A stretch of DNA of 64,000 bases from positions 124,001 through 188,000 of the forward strand of contig MCFH01000065.1 of the NCBI GenBank assembly GCA_002104945.1, written 5' to 3'. The notes beneath the pieces are model-generated. The model was not told where the DNA came from. It made no database searches and saw nothing but the letters and a program-made list of their open reading frames with translations. This DNA comes from Piromyces finnis finn. Taxonomy: Eukaryota > Fungi > Neocallimastigomycota. Shown here piece by piece: positions 1 to 13,472 of this stretch. A program made the position numbers and the translations under genes. Position 1 is the first letter of the stretch; each line of letters opens with the position of its first letter.

Positions 1-842
1 GTAGCCCATTAAAAGAAATTCCAATTTCTTTCACTGAAATTTTGAGTTTAAAAACTTTGTAAGGATAAAACTAAAACAACATAAATATATATTATAGATA
101 TATTTTACATTTGTCTCTAATATAAATATTATATAAATATTATAAAAAAAAAACTATTTTTTTTCTTAAAATCAATAAAACTTATTTTTAGAATTTTAAC
201 TCGTCAAAAGATTACAGAAATTCCAGAACAATTATCACATCTTGTTAATTTAGAAGTATTGTAAGTTGATAGGAAAGAAATAATAAAATAACATATTATA
301 ACAGTTATAATTATTATTATTATTATTATTCTAATTATTATTCTAATTATTATTATTATTATGTTTATTATTATTATTATTCTAATTATTCTAATTATTC
401 TAATTATTATTATTATTCTAATTATTATTATTATTATTATGTTATTTTTATTACTATATTCAATATATTCAATATATATTATTAATAACTCCATTTTAAA
501 TCCTATTTCCTATTCTTTATTTTTAGAAATTTGAACAATAATTTATTAAATTCTATTCCAGAATCTCTTAATGACTTGGAAAATCTTAAAGAAGTGTAAC
601 TATTTATTCCTCTCTCTAAAAAAAAAAAAAAAGATTAACATTAAAAAAAAAAACATTATATTAATTTTTTTTTATATTTTATTTAAAATAGTTATTTCAG
701 TGGTAATATTGAAGGAAGAATTTTAACTAATGACAGTCTTATTAAATGTTCCTATGATAATACTGGATCTCTTTGTAAAACCAAAGAAATGGATTGTTTA
801 GGGGATGAAAAATTAATGATTAATTTCTGTGATTCAGAATAA
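1..842 (+). CDS. 3' end of a spliced leucine-rich-repeat protein gene, join(<1..58,192..260,527..595,692..842)
   Basis: GT-AG introns, all phase 2. The two internal exons are 69 bp each and encode one LRR (ILTRQKITEIPEQLSHLVNLEVL; NLNNNLLNSIPESLNDLENLKEV). The last exon encodes a Cys-containing cap (YFSGNIEG...KCSYDNTGSLCKTKEMDC...CDSE*), with TAA at 840-842. Confidence 0.85.
303..445. repeat. (ATT)n microsatellite with CTA interruptions, inside intron 2 of the LRR gene
   Basis: Direct reading; it explains the spurious poly-Ile ORF 204..494. Confidence 0.95.
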
Positions 843-3097
843 TTTGTTTGCTTTTTTTTTTTTTTTTTCTATCTTTTGGGAAATTATTAAAATTTATTAT
901 TTAATAGTTAATATACCATTTTTTTTTTAATATGAACTATTTCAGAAATTAAACAATAAAAAAAAATTAAATAATAAATCTTTTTTTTTTTTCTTCTTCT
1001 TCTTCTTTAAAATACAACATTAACTAAAATACTTTTTGAATAATATCATGGATATGGTGGAGGGGAAAAAAACAGAGATATACACCTTTTTTTTTTTGAA
1101 ATAGACCTAAAACATATCTAATAAATAATTATAAAGTTTTTTTTTTTTTTTAAATAGTATCCAACCACAACCACAATCCTTTTTTTTTTTTAAAAAGGTA
1201 TTTAATAAAATGATGGGTTTTTTTTTTTTTTTTTTTTTTTACATTTTTCAACACTTTTTACACCCAGAAATAATTCATTCATTTTTTTTTTTTTTCCAAA
1301 TACAATTACAATAAAATAAAATTAATATTTTCATCCATTTTTATCCATTCCTATTCCTACCATCTATTTAAATAATCTTTTTTTTTTTTTTATCTATTTC
1401 ATAATAATAAAGTTTAAAAATAGTTGATGCCGTTAAAAAAAAAAAAATTCATAATTATATTATTTGATGTTTTAAAGTTTTTTTTTTTGAATAAAAAGGA
1501 AAAGTTATTTAAAAAATTATTCAATAACACGCAACACGCTCAATGGCATTGCCCTGCCTGTTTAATATAAAACAATAAAACAACACAAATTCATTTTATT
1601 TTTATTTTTATTTTTGGTGGATTTTCCATCAATAATTTTGATTTAAAAAAATTTTTTTTATTTCTTCCTTCCTTTTAAAAAATTTTAAAAAAAGCTCTTT
1701 ACAAACAATAAAAAAAAAATGAACAAATGAACAAATGCTACTCTTCAAAAATTGTAGTCTTTAAGGATTATAAAAGACTTCCATTTCAACAACGATGGAA
1801 TGAGATAACCATGGACGTATCACAATTTTTTTTTTTTTTTTTCAAAAATAAATAATATAATTATTTATTAAAAAAAATTAATTATTTTTTGTTTTTTTAT
1901 TTTTAATTATTAATTATTTTTTGTTTTTTTTTTGTTTATGCCATTTCAATCAAAAATGATGCCATTTTTGGCATTTTTTATTCCCATTTTTGGTAATAAA
2001 TTTTTTACTTTTTTTTTTTATTACAAAATTTTTATTTTTTCTTCTCCTTTTCGTTTCATTTCAAGGTATTTTATTGGTCCATTTCTTTGTATGCAAGCCA
2101 TGCTAAAGTCCTAATACCTTGATATGATTGGTCAATTTTATTTTTAATGAATGGGAGAAGACACACCAAAAAACGTGCTCATTTTTTTTGTTTTTTTTCT
2201 AATTCCTTGGCCAAAATTGGCGCATAAAAAATGGCATGACGGCAGAAAAAGTAAACAAAAAAAAAAACGGCATTTCATGGTGAAATGGAAATTTGACGGA
2301 TGATAGGGATGATATTTATTATTGTGAAATTTATGATGATAAAATTTATTTATTTCATCATAAAATAATAAAATGACGCCATATTTTAAATAATAAAATG
2401 GGAATAAAAAATGGATGATTTTTTTATGCTTTTTTTTTTTTTAAAAAAAATTAGATTACTAATAAAAAAAAAAAAAGACATTGAATGGTGTCATTTATTT
2501 AATTTATGAGATTAATAAAATTTAAATTGTAAAATGAATTAATTAAATAATTTTATTTCATACTATATCATCATCCTATTTTATAATTAAATAAAATTAA
2601 TATTTTATAATTAATTTTTATTATTTTATTATTTTTTATAATTAATTTTTATTATTTTATTATTTATTTTTTATTTCATTCCTATTTCATACCATTTTTT
2701 ATATTTAAAAAAAAAATTTTTTTGGAATAAATTTTTATTCCAATTTTTAGGCTCAAAAAAAAAAATGATGCAATCTTTCAGAATTTTTATTATAAAAAAA
2801 TTCAAATAAAATTTTTTATGACAAATTTAGAAAATAAAAAAAATTACTAAAAAAGGAAAAAAAAATTTTTTTTTTATTTTTTTATTTTTTTTTTTTTATT
2901 TTTTATTAAAAAACGAAAGCAACTTTTTTTTAATTTTTTTTAAAAAAAAAACGAAAAAAAAACGAAAATCTAAAAAATTTCATCATTTTTAATTAAAAAA
3001 AAAAAAGAAAGAAAAAATCAAACCATCCATCAAAAATCAAAGAAAATCAACACATTTTATTATTAAAAAATTATTTATATTTCACCTTTTACCTCCA

Positions 3098-5892
3098 ATG
3101 AATTGTCTTTTATTTTCAAGTATCCTATTGTTTTCATTAATAGGAAATATTTATGGTCGTGTAGTAACATTTAGTCTTATAGCTTTTGGTAATCAAGTCA
3201 CTGTAACGTTTAATGGTCAAACTAAAAACTTAACTCCATTAGATAATTATTCAAGAGTATACCAGGTATCTGCTGAATGTCCAGACGAAGAATTTGAGTA
3301 AGATTTATAAAAATTTTAAAATATATAAAGATGATAGAATAGTTTAAAAAAAAATTTTAGTTTACATGTTTGATTGTTTCTAGAAAAAATGTTAAAAAGT
3401 AGTATAAATGATATATATGAATATATATGGGAATGTATATGTGAATGTATATATATGAATGTATATCTGATGTATATATGAATATATATATATGAATGTA
3501 TATATGAATGTATATCTGATGTATATGTGAATGTATATATGAATGTATATCTGATGTATATATGAATATATATATATGAATGTATATATGAATGTATATC
3601 TGATGTATATGTGAATGTATATATGAATGTATATCTGATGTATATATGAATATATATATATGAATGTATATATGAATGTATATCTGATGTATATATGAAT
3701 ATATATATATGAATGTATATATGAATGTATATCTGATGTATATGTGAATGTATATATGAATGTATATCTGATGTATATATGAATATATATATATGAATGT
3801 ATATATGAATGTATATATGAATGTATATCTGATGTATATGTGAATATATATATATGAATGTATATCTGATGTATATGTGAATATATATATATGAATGTAT
3901 ATATGAATGTATATCTGATGTATATGTGAATATATATATGAATGTATATATGAATGTATATCTGATGTATATGTGAATATATATATGAATGTATATATGA
4001 ATGTATATCTGATGTATATGTGAATATATATATATGAATGTATATCTGATGTATATATGAATATATATATATGAATGTATATATGAATGTATATCTGATG
4101 TATATGTGAATATATATATATGAATGTATATCTGATGTATATATGAATATATATATATGAATGTATATATGAATGTATATATCTGATGTATATCTGATGT
4201 ATATAATCTTGTATATCTTGTATATCTGGTGTATATATGTTATTTTTTGTAGGATAGATTGTTGAAAGAAAAAAAAACTAAACATCTCTATTTATTGTTG
4301 TTATTTATAGATATATTTATACTGTTGATGGTGTTTCAGAACAATTTATAAGAAGATTACCAAAAGATGAAAAAAGTACACATAACGAATTCTTTGGTAG
4401 AGAATTAACTGTAAGTCCATTAAAAGGATTAGGATATCCAGAAGATAAACCAATGTGGACTCGTACTATTGGAAAAACCCCTCTTTTTGATGATTCTTAT
4501 ATCCCAACAGTTATTATCGATGATAATTCTAGAGATTATTTCATTACAGGAAATGATACTTATACCATTGGTAGATTCACTATCGTTTTAAAAAATGAAA
4601 TATTCACTGAAACAAACGTTCCTTCCAAAGCTCAAAATCGTTACCAAGATAAATTCCAATGGAGAATTAAATTGGAAAATAAATTGTACAAGAGAAAGGT
4701 TTTCAAGTTCAGATCAAATCCAAATGACCCAGTCTTTTACCGTCAACAATTATACGCTGATGTCCTTTCCGCTATCGGTAACCCAGTTCACAACCAAATT
4801 GTTGTTCGTGCCTACTTATACGATGGTACCCCTCTCGGTTTGTATTTAATGATTGAAGTAAGTAATTCAAATTCATTTATTAAATCCCAATTTTACGGTA
4901 ACCGTGAAACCCATAAAATTAGTGTCCCAGAATCTGGATTAGGTGCCCCAATTGATTGTAATATGGGTGCTGACTTCACCTTGGGAGGTCCTTACAACGA
5001 ATTCTACGCTCAGGAAGGTCAATCCAACGAAAAAATTCCTTTCTTGATTGAAGCTATGCATGCTCTTGATGTCAATGATGAAGCTGCTGTAAAGAAATTT
5101 AGCAAGGAATGGTTCGATTTAGATATTTTCTTAAAGGCTATGGCTATGGAATATTTAACTGGTCACTGGGATTCTTACTGGATGTACAATACCAACTACG
5201 TCTTATATGATGATCCAACCGAATCTACTCCATCCACCTATAAATACTACTTTATTGATCAAGATTTCGATTTAACCTTTGGTATTAGTTTATCTCACTA
5301 TATTAATGTTTGGGAAGACGAATTCCCATTACAATCCTACAAGACATTAGTCGATATGGTTTGGAATACCGGAGATTATGAAAAACCAAACAGAGAAGCT
5401 ATCGATATGTTCTTAAAGGGCGGTGTCACCACAACTATGTTTGAAAATCATTTAATTGATATTGTTAAACACGTCTTTAACCCTGTTGCTTTGGGTCGTC
5501 GTGTCGATGAATACGTACGTCGTTACTCCAGTGAAATTGAATGGGATTACAGTATTGAACGTTTACACATTGCTACCGACCCAATTAAAGAAAGATACGT
5601 CTGGAATATTAATGATTATTACGAAAATTTAGATAGTACTCCAAAATCTACTTGTCGTTGGGGTTTAAGACAATATATTACTATGCGCGCTGAAGCTGTC
5701 GCTAAAGAATTTGGTTTTGAATGGGATAAAGTTCCATTAGAACCAAAATATGTTGAAATTTATAATACAAAGGAAGATTATAAACCTTCCAAGGATAGTG
5801 ATAAAGAAAGTGGTAGCGTAACCATCCAAGGAATGAATTCTACTTTGATTTTCATTACTTTAATCACCATCCTTTTTGGATTCTTCCTTTAA
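3098..5892 (+). CDS. cotH: CotH kinase family protein, secreted and probably GPI/membrane-anchored, join(3098..3297,4311..5892), ~593 aa
   Basis: Signal peptide [20 protein letters not shown]. Donor GTAAG at 3298 and acceptor TTTATAG ending 4310 join in frame (GA+A=Glu) to ORF 4453..5892. CotH-type motifs [55 protein letters not shown]. Ser-rich spacer plus hydrophobic C-terminus. Confidence 0.9.
3405..4235. repeat. Intronic minisatellite built from ATATATGAATGT / ATATCTGATGT / ATATGTGAAT-type units
   Basis: About 830 bp of 11-12-bp related units in higher-order blocks, inside the 1013-bp CotH intron (3298..4310). Confidence 0.95.
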
Positions 5893-6649
5893 AACGATTC
5901 CACTATTAAAAAATAAAAAAAAATTTTTTTAATATATTTTTATCTCTTTTTTTTTTTTTTTTATTTCATATTCATAAAACATATTTTTTTAAATACTCAT
6001 ACATACATACATACATACATACTATATCTTTTAACCGATTTGATAAATAATATGATTAATTATAAAAATAAAAATAATACCTTTATATCTTTCAAAAAAA
6101 AAAAAAAAAACACAATTTTAATTATTTATTATTTATTAAAATAAAATCACATATATAATTATTAAAAAAAAGATTATTTTTTTTTTTTTATATTTTATTT
6201 TATTTTTAAAGTAAATCTATTTTTTTTTAAAGAAAAAAAAAAAAAAAGGATGATTTACAAAAATTAAAATTGAATTGTTTAATTTTGAATTTGGAAAAGA
6301 AGATTCAAAACAAAAACAAAATAACCAAAAACTAAAACTAAATAAAAAAAAAAAAAAAAAATGAAATTATAAGTTTTAATTGTTGGTGGTGTATTTTTTA
6401 TAAACTTTTAGAAATAAAAATTTGTTTTTCATACTAGAGAAAGGTTTATTGTTGTTGTTTATGGATGTTTTGAATTTTTAATAGATTTTACGTGAATTAT
6501 CTATTTATTTATTTATTTAAAAAAAAAAAAGTACAAGATATATAATGTTGAAAAAAAAATTTTTTTTATTAATACAATATAATATTTATTAAAAAAAAAA
6601 AAAAAAAAAGCCATATATTTATATATAATACCAAATGGGTTCTTCTTTT

Positions 6650-8620
6650 TTTTTTTTTTTAATACTCTTCTACCTCCTGAACTTTCTACTTCTTCCGTTA
6701 CTAACCCATACTTTTTACAAATACTAATCAATGAATGGTTCTTGAAAACCAAATTTCATTTCTAAATCTTTTACAGACCAATTTGGATTTTCCATAAAAT
6801 CTTTAATAATAGTCAATTCATCATCATGAAGTTCTAAATACGCTTGTCTACTTTATCTATATATAATCTAAATGTATTATCAATTCTATTCTTAAGTATC
6901 CCTTTTTCTTCACCTTTTTTTTTTTTTTTCACCTTCAGAAAAACCAACTTCTTTACTTTTATGCAGAAGTTATTTCTGACAATAGTATATTTCTAGTCTC
7001 GTATAACTTTAGAAATTTATCATCCTTTGATAACTTTAACAGTTCTTTTCTTCTTGCTTCAAAAAATATTTGGGGTGTTGCTTCGTTTCTAAAATAAGCA
7101 TCGTTTGGTTCATTTCTCTAATGTTTTAATTGTAATATCCATTCTTTCTAATTTTCCTTGAGTTTTATCCTTATTTTCATTATTTTTTTTTTTAATAAGC
7201 GCTTTATCAGTTGATACTGGTACTATTTCTATATTAACAAACTCGATTTTTTTACTTAATCTTAAAATACCATTTAAAAAATGAATCATTAATCCTTTTG
7301 TTTTTCTCTACTCCAAAAAACATTTTTGAATACATTATCTAATGTTGGGTTTATATCAACTTCATAATCCTCCCTATTAATTTTATAACTTTCCCTTATA
7401 TATTCTTTAATTTCATTGTTGTTATCATGATTGTTGTATTGGCACAGTTATGGATATCTACTTTATTGTCTATTATGAATTTTACAAATATATTATTTTG
7501 ACAAAATATAATCAATGATAAATGTCTGTACCTATTTTTTAATATTTTCTCGAGCACCAAGGTTAACCAGTATTTTTACGTATAAACTTTTAATTTTGCA
7601 TACGTATATAATAACTAAAGGGAGTTCCATCAACCTATTTTCTTTATTTCATTCTCAACTATCATTCTTACATTGGCTTCATTCTTCTTTTCACAAGCAA
7701 CTATTAATGGAATAATAATTATTATTATTTTCTTTATTCGAATCAACATCGTTTTGAATTAAAAGCTTAATCAGTTCTTCATTATCATTATTATATCCAG
7801 TAATTAAAGGAAGATATCCAAATTTACCCTCTTTATGAGGTGTCGACTCTATGGCAAATTAACGTTTCTGCTATTTCCGCATTATTATTCTTTCAAAAAA
7901 TGGCAATGAAAAAGTATCTGTATTTATTTTCTTTATTAACGTCAACGTCTAGATGTATTAACACAACGACAATATCAATATTGACATACAAAAATCAATA
8001 GAGAATTTAATATTGACTTTTTTCTATTTAAAAAAAAAAAAAAAAAAATTTTTTTTTTCATGATATATTAAATATTTTATAATATTTTGATTCTTCGTTT
8101 CTAAGAGCTGCCCTTAATGGACTCAAACCCTATCTATTTTTTTATTGGTATCAGCACCTTTTTTTAGCTAAAAAGATCTACAACATTTTCATTATTTTTT
8201 TAATTAAAGGTAAGTAGAGTTATAATTCTTCACTATAGTAATAGCGCCCCATGTACTAATTAATCTTTCTATCCTTCATTAGTTCTATCAATATCAATTA
8301 AATAGTGACATAAAATGAATAATGTTGTATTAAGAACCCTCAAAATCAATATGATTTAATTTATTTCATTCATTAATCAATTCATTATCCTTGGTAATAG
8401 CTATCCTATTCATTAAAGTCATCTACTTTATTTCCTTCAAAAAAATTTTTTTTTTTTAATTAATAAAATTAAGGAGGATTAAGTTATTCATCATCACTTT
8501 ATTCATAATAAAGTTTGAAAATTTATTATTTTCCTTAAAATCATATATATATATATATATATTAATTCCAAGTCATTCTTATTCAATTGCTGATGATTAC
8601 CAAATTTTAACCTTGATTCA
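6650..8620 (-). pseudogene. Degraded ankyrin-repeat protein gene
   Basis: Minus-strand pieces across frameshifts and stops read GADTNKK..GLSPLRAALRNEE, DVDVNKENKY, FGYLPLITGYNNDNEELIKLLIQNDVD, IPLIVACEKKNEANVRMIV and LVNLGARENIKNRY. These are ankyrin-like; boundaries are approximate. Confidence 0.65.
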
Positions 8621-9892
8621 TTTGTAGAAACCATATATAAAATTTAAAAGATTTTTACTTTTATTTTCCATTTTTATATTAAATACCAAATATATCTATA
8701 TATTATATATTATCTATGAATTTTTTGTTTTTAAAAAAAAAATATTTAAAATTATAATAATTATTTTTCCTTTGTTCATCATATTTTTCTTTAACCAAAA
8801 AAAAAAAAAAATTTAACATAATAATAATAATAATCGAAAAAATCATTTTATATATATAATTTTCTTTTATGATGTTCATTTTCTTTTAAATAAATTTTTA
8901 ATTCCAATTTTTTTTTTCATTTCCACTAATTTAATTCGATTATTCCTAATCTATGTCTTTCATCCGCTTAACCATTCTCTTTCCCTTTGACAAAAATGAA
9001 ATATGATTTAAAAGTATCATCGAATACTTTTATATTTACACATATTTACTTGATAACTCATAGTAAATCTAATAACTATATATATAAATAAATGAATAAA
9101 TGAATGAATTTAATAATTAAAAAAAAAACTATCATATCTAATGTTCATATACTCTGGATACGCATAGCTTAAATAAAAATGAAAAGACAGAATAGTGTTT
9201 ATAAAAATTAACACTATTAAATTAATCTTCCTATTTACAATATAATACACTATCTACAAAATATATAAGAATATCTTTTATTATTAAGAATTTCCATATA
9301 TTTAAAAAAAAAAAAAAAACTCTGTAATTTTAATATTAATTTTTTTTAAATACCTATGTAAAATAATGCATGTATGAGTTGTTTTTTTTTTTTATCACTA
9401 TATTGTATTATAAAAAAAAAACAAATAATATCCTTCTAATTAAAAATATTTTATTTATTGAATAATCCATATATAATTATAATTATATATTATAGAGTTC
9501 ATTTAAAAAAAAGAGAGAGAAATAAATAAAATAACCTATAAAATCCTTCTTTAAACGATATAAATAAAAAATTTTTGACAACTTTCTTTTTAATTATAAA
9601 AAAAAAATTTTTTTTTTTTACTTTTTATTATTAATAATATTTTATTTTTATAAAAAGTATAAAATAAAAAAAAAAAAAGGTAATTGTTAAACTTTGTTTT
9701 TAAATAAAAATAAAGAGAAAAAAAATTAAAAAGAAATCATTCATTGAAAGTATAAAAAAAATAAAATATATATTTAATAATTTATAAATGTTTAATTATA
9801 TTAAAAAAAAAAACAGTAACAATGAATTAATGTATTAAATAAATTATAGAATGTTAATTTGTAAGTTGCTTTTTCATTTTATATCAATATTT

Positions 9893-9893
9893 A

Positions 9894-9968
<75 letters not shown>
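9893..9968. repeat. (ATT)n microsatellite
   Basis: Direct reading. Confidence 0.95.
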
Positions 9969-9971
<3 letters not shown>

Positions 9972-10723
9972 ACAAAAAGATATTAATTATATAAAAAGGT
10001 CGGATTTGAAATGTTTAAGGAGAGAATGATTCAAAAGTCAGTAGTAGCAAAGTAAAAAGATCTTTTTATATATATATATATAAAATAATAAAAATAGGGT
10101 TAAATGTTGATTACTACAAAAAAGTACTTTTTATAATGCATCAGTTTTTGAAAGGAAATTTTGAAAATTTTCTCTAAATTATTAGTTTTTATAATAAAAT
10201 GATTAGAATCCTTCTTTAAAAAACAATTCAAATCATTGAAAAAATCAGATTCTTTGTAGCATAAATTAACATTAGCATTAATTATTGAATAAAAAATGTA
10301 TGTAGGAATAATTCATATACAAGTGGCAAATTTAATTAATGTAAAAGATAATTACATTTTTATGGATTCTGTAATATAAATTTGAAAGATCTAAGACATA
10401 TAATTAATTTAAATTAAAATTATCTTTCAATTTTAATAATTGAATTTATATAATATAAATAAGAATAATATAAATAATATATGGATAATATTTAATTAAT
10501 TAATAAATAATATATAGATAATAATAATTAACAAATAAATAATTAATTAATTAAATAAGAGAAAAAATAAATATTAGTTTAAAAAGTTTAAGTATTCTAT
10601 TCAATAATGAATAAATTACCCCAATTTAATTTTTATCAGATTATTATGTTTGTTTGATGTTGAAATTAAAAGTAATTATGTTTTATAAATGACTTTTTTT
10701 TTATATATATATGTATAATTACT

Positions 10724-10803
10724 TTATTACTAAAAAAGGTAAAAATTAATTTATTATTTTCTTTTTTTTTTTTTTTATTAATTTTTACCTTTTTTAGTAA
10801 TAA
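10724..10803. repeat. Perfect 27-bp inverted repeat (potential hairpin or cruciform)
   Basis: TTATTACTAAAAAAGGTAAAAATTAAT (10724-10750) is the exact reverse complement of 10777-10803; the loop is 26 nt and T-rich. Confidence 0.85.
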
Positions 10804-11779
10804 TCTAAAAAAAATAAGTGACTTAACAAAATTAATCTATTCCTTGTCAAATAATATTTTTAATATAAAAAATTTTTTAATTAATTTTTCTATGAAGTTT
10901 GTATTAAGATGTGGCTTTAACTTTTAAATTAATACGTTATTACATTCTTATTCCTTTTGCATTTAGGGAAGTGATTTTAAAAAAAGTCTTCTTTATCAGC
11001 AATCTAATAAATCATTCTTATCATCCTAAATAATAATAGACACATTAACATATAATTGTTAATTAAATAATAGTATAACATTAAAAAGTTTAAATAAAGT
11101 TATTGTCAAAATCTAACAAACTTTTTATTGTTAATTCAACTTTATCATAATTTAGGATAAATAGAGTTAATTTTAAATATTTAAATTTAATTATTGACAT
11201 ATAAAAATATTATCAATTTGGTATAAATACATTTATATATATATATATATATAGCTATGTATATCAATGAATATCCCAATTTGAAATTTTGAGTTTGGAG
11301 AAAAAAAAGAAATAATAATTTTTTTTTTATATATATCTACTAATTGAATAATATTAAATAAAAATTTAATGCTTATAATAGAATAATAATAATTTGAAAA
11401 TTGATAACTTTATCAAATACGCTCTTGCTTTCTTTCTTTCTTTCTTTTTTTTTATCTCCTCACCATTAAATAACTAATAAAAGGCATCTATTCAGAAATT
11501 ATACTTGATGTATCCAATAATTCAAAGGGAAATTTTATGGTGATTAGTCCACATTATGTAGCTAATAAAATTTTAAAATTAACATAAATTAAATTTTTAT
11601 AATGAAATAAAATAATTAAAAATGTTTAAAATTTCTATAAATAGAAAATTAAAAAAAAAAAAAAAAAATTCATAGACTTGAATACTATTTTCCTTTTTAC
11701 ACGAAAAGAAATATTGAAATAGTTTTTTTTTTTATTCTTTATTTTTTTTGTAAATTTGTTAATAATATATAAAATCAAT

Positions 11780-12594
11780 ATGGTAAGGAAAAGAGTTAAA
11801 TTAACCATAATAATTTCAATAATTATTATTTTGTTTTTACATGGGAAAATAAAATTCTCTTCTATTGAAAAGGCAAACATTAATTCATTTAAAAAAATAA
11901 AAGGTAAGAATAAAGATAGTTTTAATAATAAAAAGCATAATTAAGAATAATAAAATACCAACAACACATAATAACCTAATAATCATAATATAATAGCAAT
12001 AATAATTAGAATAATAATAAAATATTCATTCATTATTCAATTATTTATTTTCAATATAGAACTAGACACAGAAGAAATAAAAACTAGTAATACAAAAGAA
12101 GATATTCCTTTTAATATTAAAAATGAAGGTAAGGACATGCGTAATAATAAAAAACATTATTAATAATAAATAAATAAAAATATATGATTTTTATAAATAT
12201 TATTTTCAATTTAGATAAAGAAAACATAATATTTGATGATAATAAAAAAACAAATATTCATTTTAGTAATAATAATACGAAAGGTAAGGATATGCATAAT
12301 AATAATAATAATAATAATAATTAATAATATATGTAATAATAATAATAAGTAATAATACAAGTAATAATAATAATAATAATAGTAATAATAATTAGAATAA
12401 TAATAATATATTTTCGTTATTATTAATAAATAAAAATACTAAAAAAAAATAAAAAAAAATACATTATAAATTATAAAAATATATGATTTTTATAAATATT
12501 ATTTTCAATTTAGATAAAGAAAACATAGTATTTGATGATAATACAAAGACAAACATTCATTTTAGTAATAATAATACAAAAGGTAAGGACATGC

Positions 12595-12631
<37 letters not shown>

Positions 12632-13472
12632 GTAATAATACAAGTAATAATAATAATAATAATAATAATAATACATTTTCGTTATTATTAATAAATAAAA
12701 ATGCCAAAAAAAAAAAAATACATTATAAATAAAATAAAAATATATGATTTTTATAAATATTATTTTCAACTTAGAATATAATAAAGAAAACATAACACCA
12801 CCACCTAATAATGTCAAGGTCAGTGTAATTATTCCAGCCTATAATTTAGAAAAAAGAATAGGTAGATGTATTGAATCAGCATTAAATCAAACTTTAAAGG
12901 ATATTGAAGTAATAGTCATTGATGATAAATCTACAGATTCAACAAAATTAGTCATAAAAGAATATGAAGAAATGGATAATAGAGTAAAACCGATCTATTC
13001 AGAAACAAATAATGGAGCAGGATATTCAAGAAATATGGGAATTGAAAAAGCAAAGGGTGAATTTGTTGGGTTTATTGATGGAGATGATTTTGTAGATTCA
13101 GGGTGGTTTGAGTATTTATATAGTAATGGACAAGATATGGATATCGTTCGTGGTATACGAGTAATTCATGATTTTAGTGAAAAATTTAGAAAATCTAGAA
13201 TAAAACCTTATGGTTGTATGATACCTACTATCATTAGAAAAGAATTTTTAACAAAACATAACCTTAAATTTCCTGTATCTAAAGAAAAAGGAGAAGATTC
13301 AATATTTAGAGCAAGTATTAGAAGAGAAAATCCAAAACAAGTATATGCACCGGATAATGGAATTTATTATCATTATGACAAAAGGGAAGGATCTTTAAGT
13401 AATTATAGTAAATTAAGAAAAGTAAATAGAAAAAATGTATCACCATCACTTTTAAATAAAGCATCACCTTAA
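11780..13472 (+). CDS. Glycosyltransferase family 2 (GT-A fold), type II membrane protein, join(11780..11903,12060..12128,12215..12283,12514..12582,12775..13472), 342 aa
   Basis: N-terminal basic residues plus TM helix (MVRKRVKLTIIISIIIILFL). Four phase-1 GT-AG introns keep the frame (1029 nt total). The last exon has GT2 motifs VSVIIPAYN, IEVIVIDDKSTD, NNGAGYSRNMGI, GFIDGDD, GEDSIF. Confidence 0.88.

Noticed and set aside
204-494. 96-aa Ile-rich ORF (-)
   Set aside because: Translation of an intronic (ATT)n microsatellite on the strand opposite the LRR gene.
3405-4235. Possible CRISPR-like array
   Set aside because: No unique spacers; pure tandem units in a eukaryotic intron.
3392-4285. 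297-aa Y/I/H-rich ORF (-)
   Set aside because: Open only because the minisatellite lacks stops on that strand; it lies within the CotH intron.
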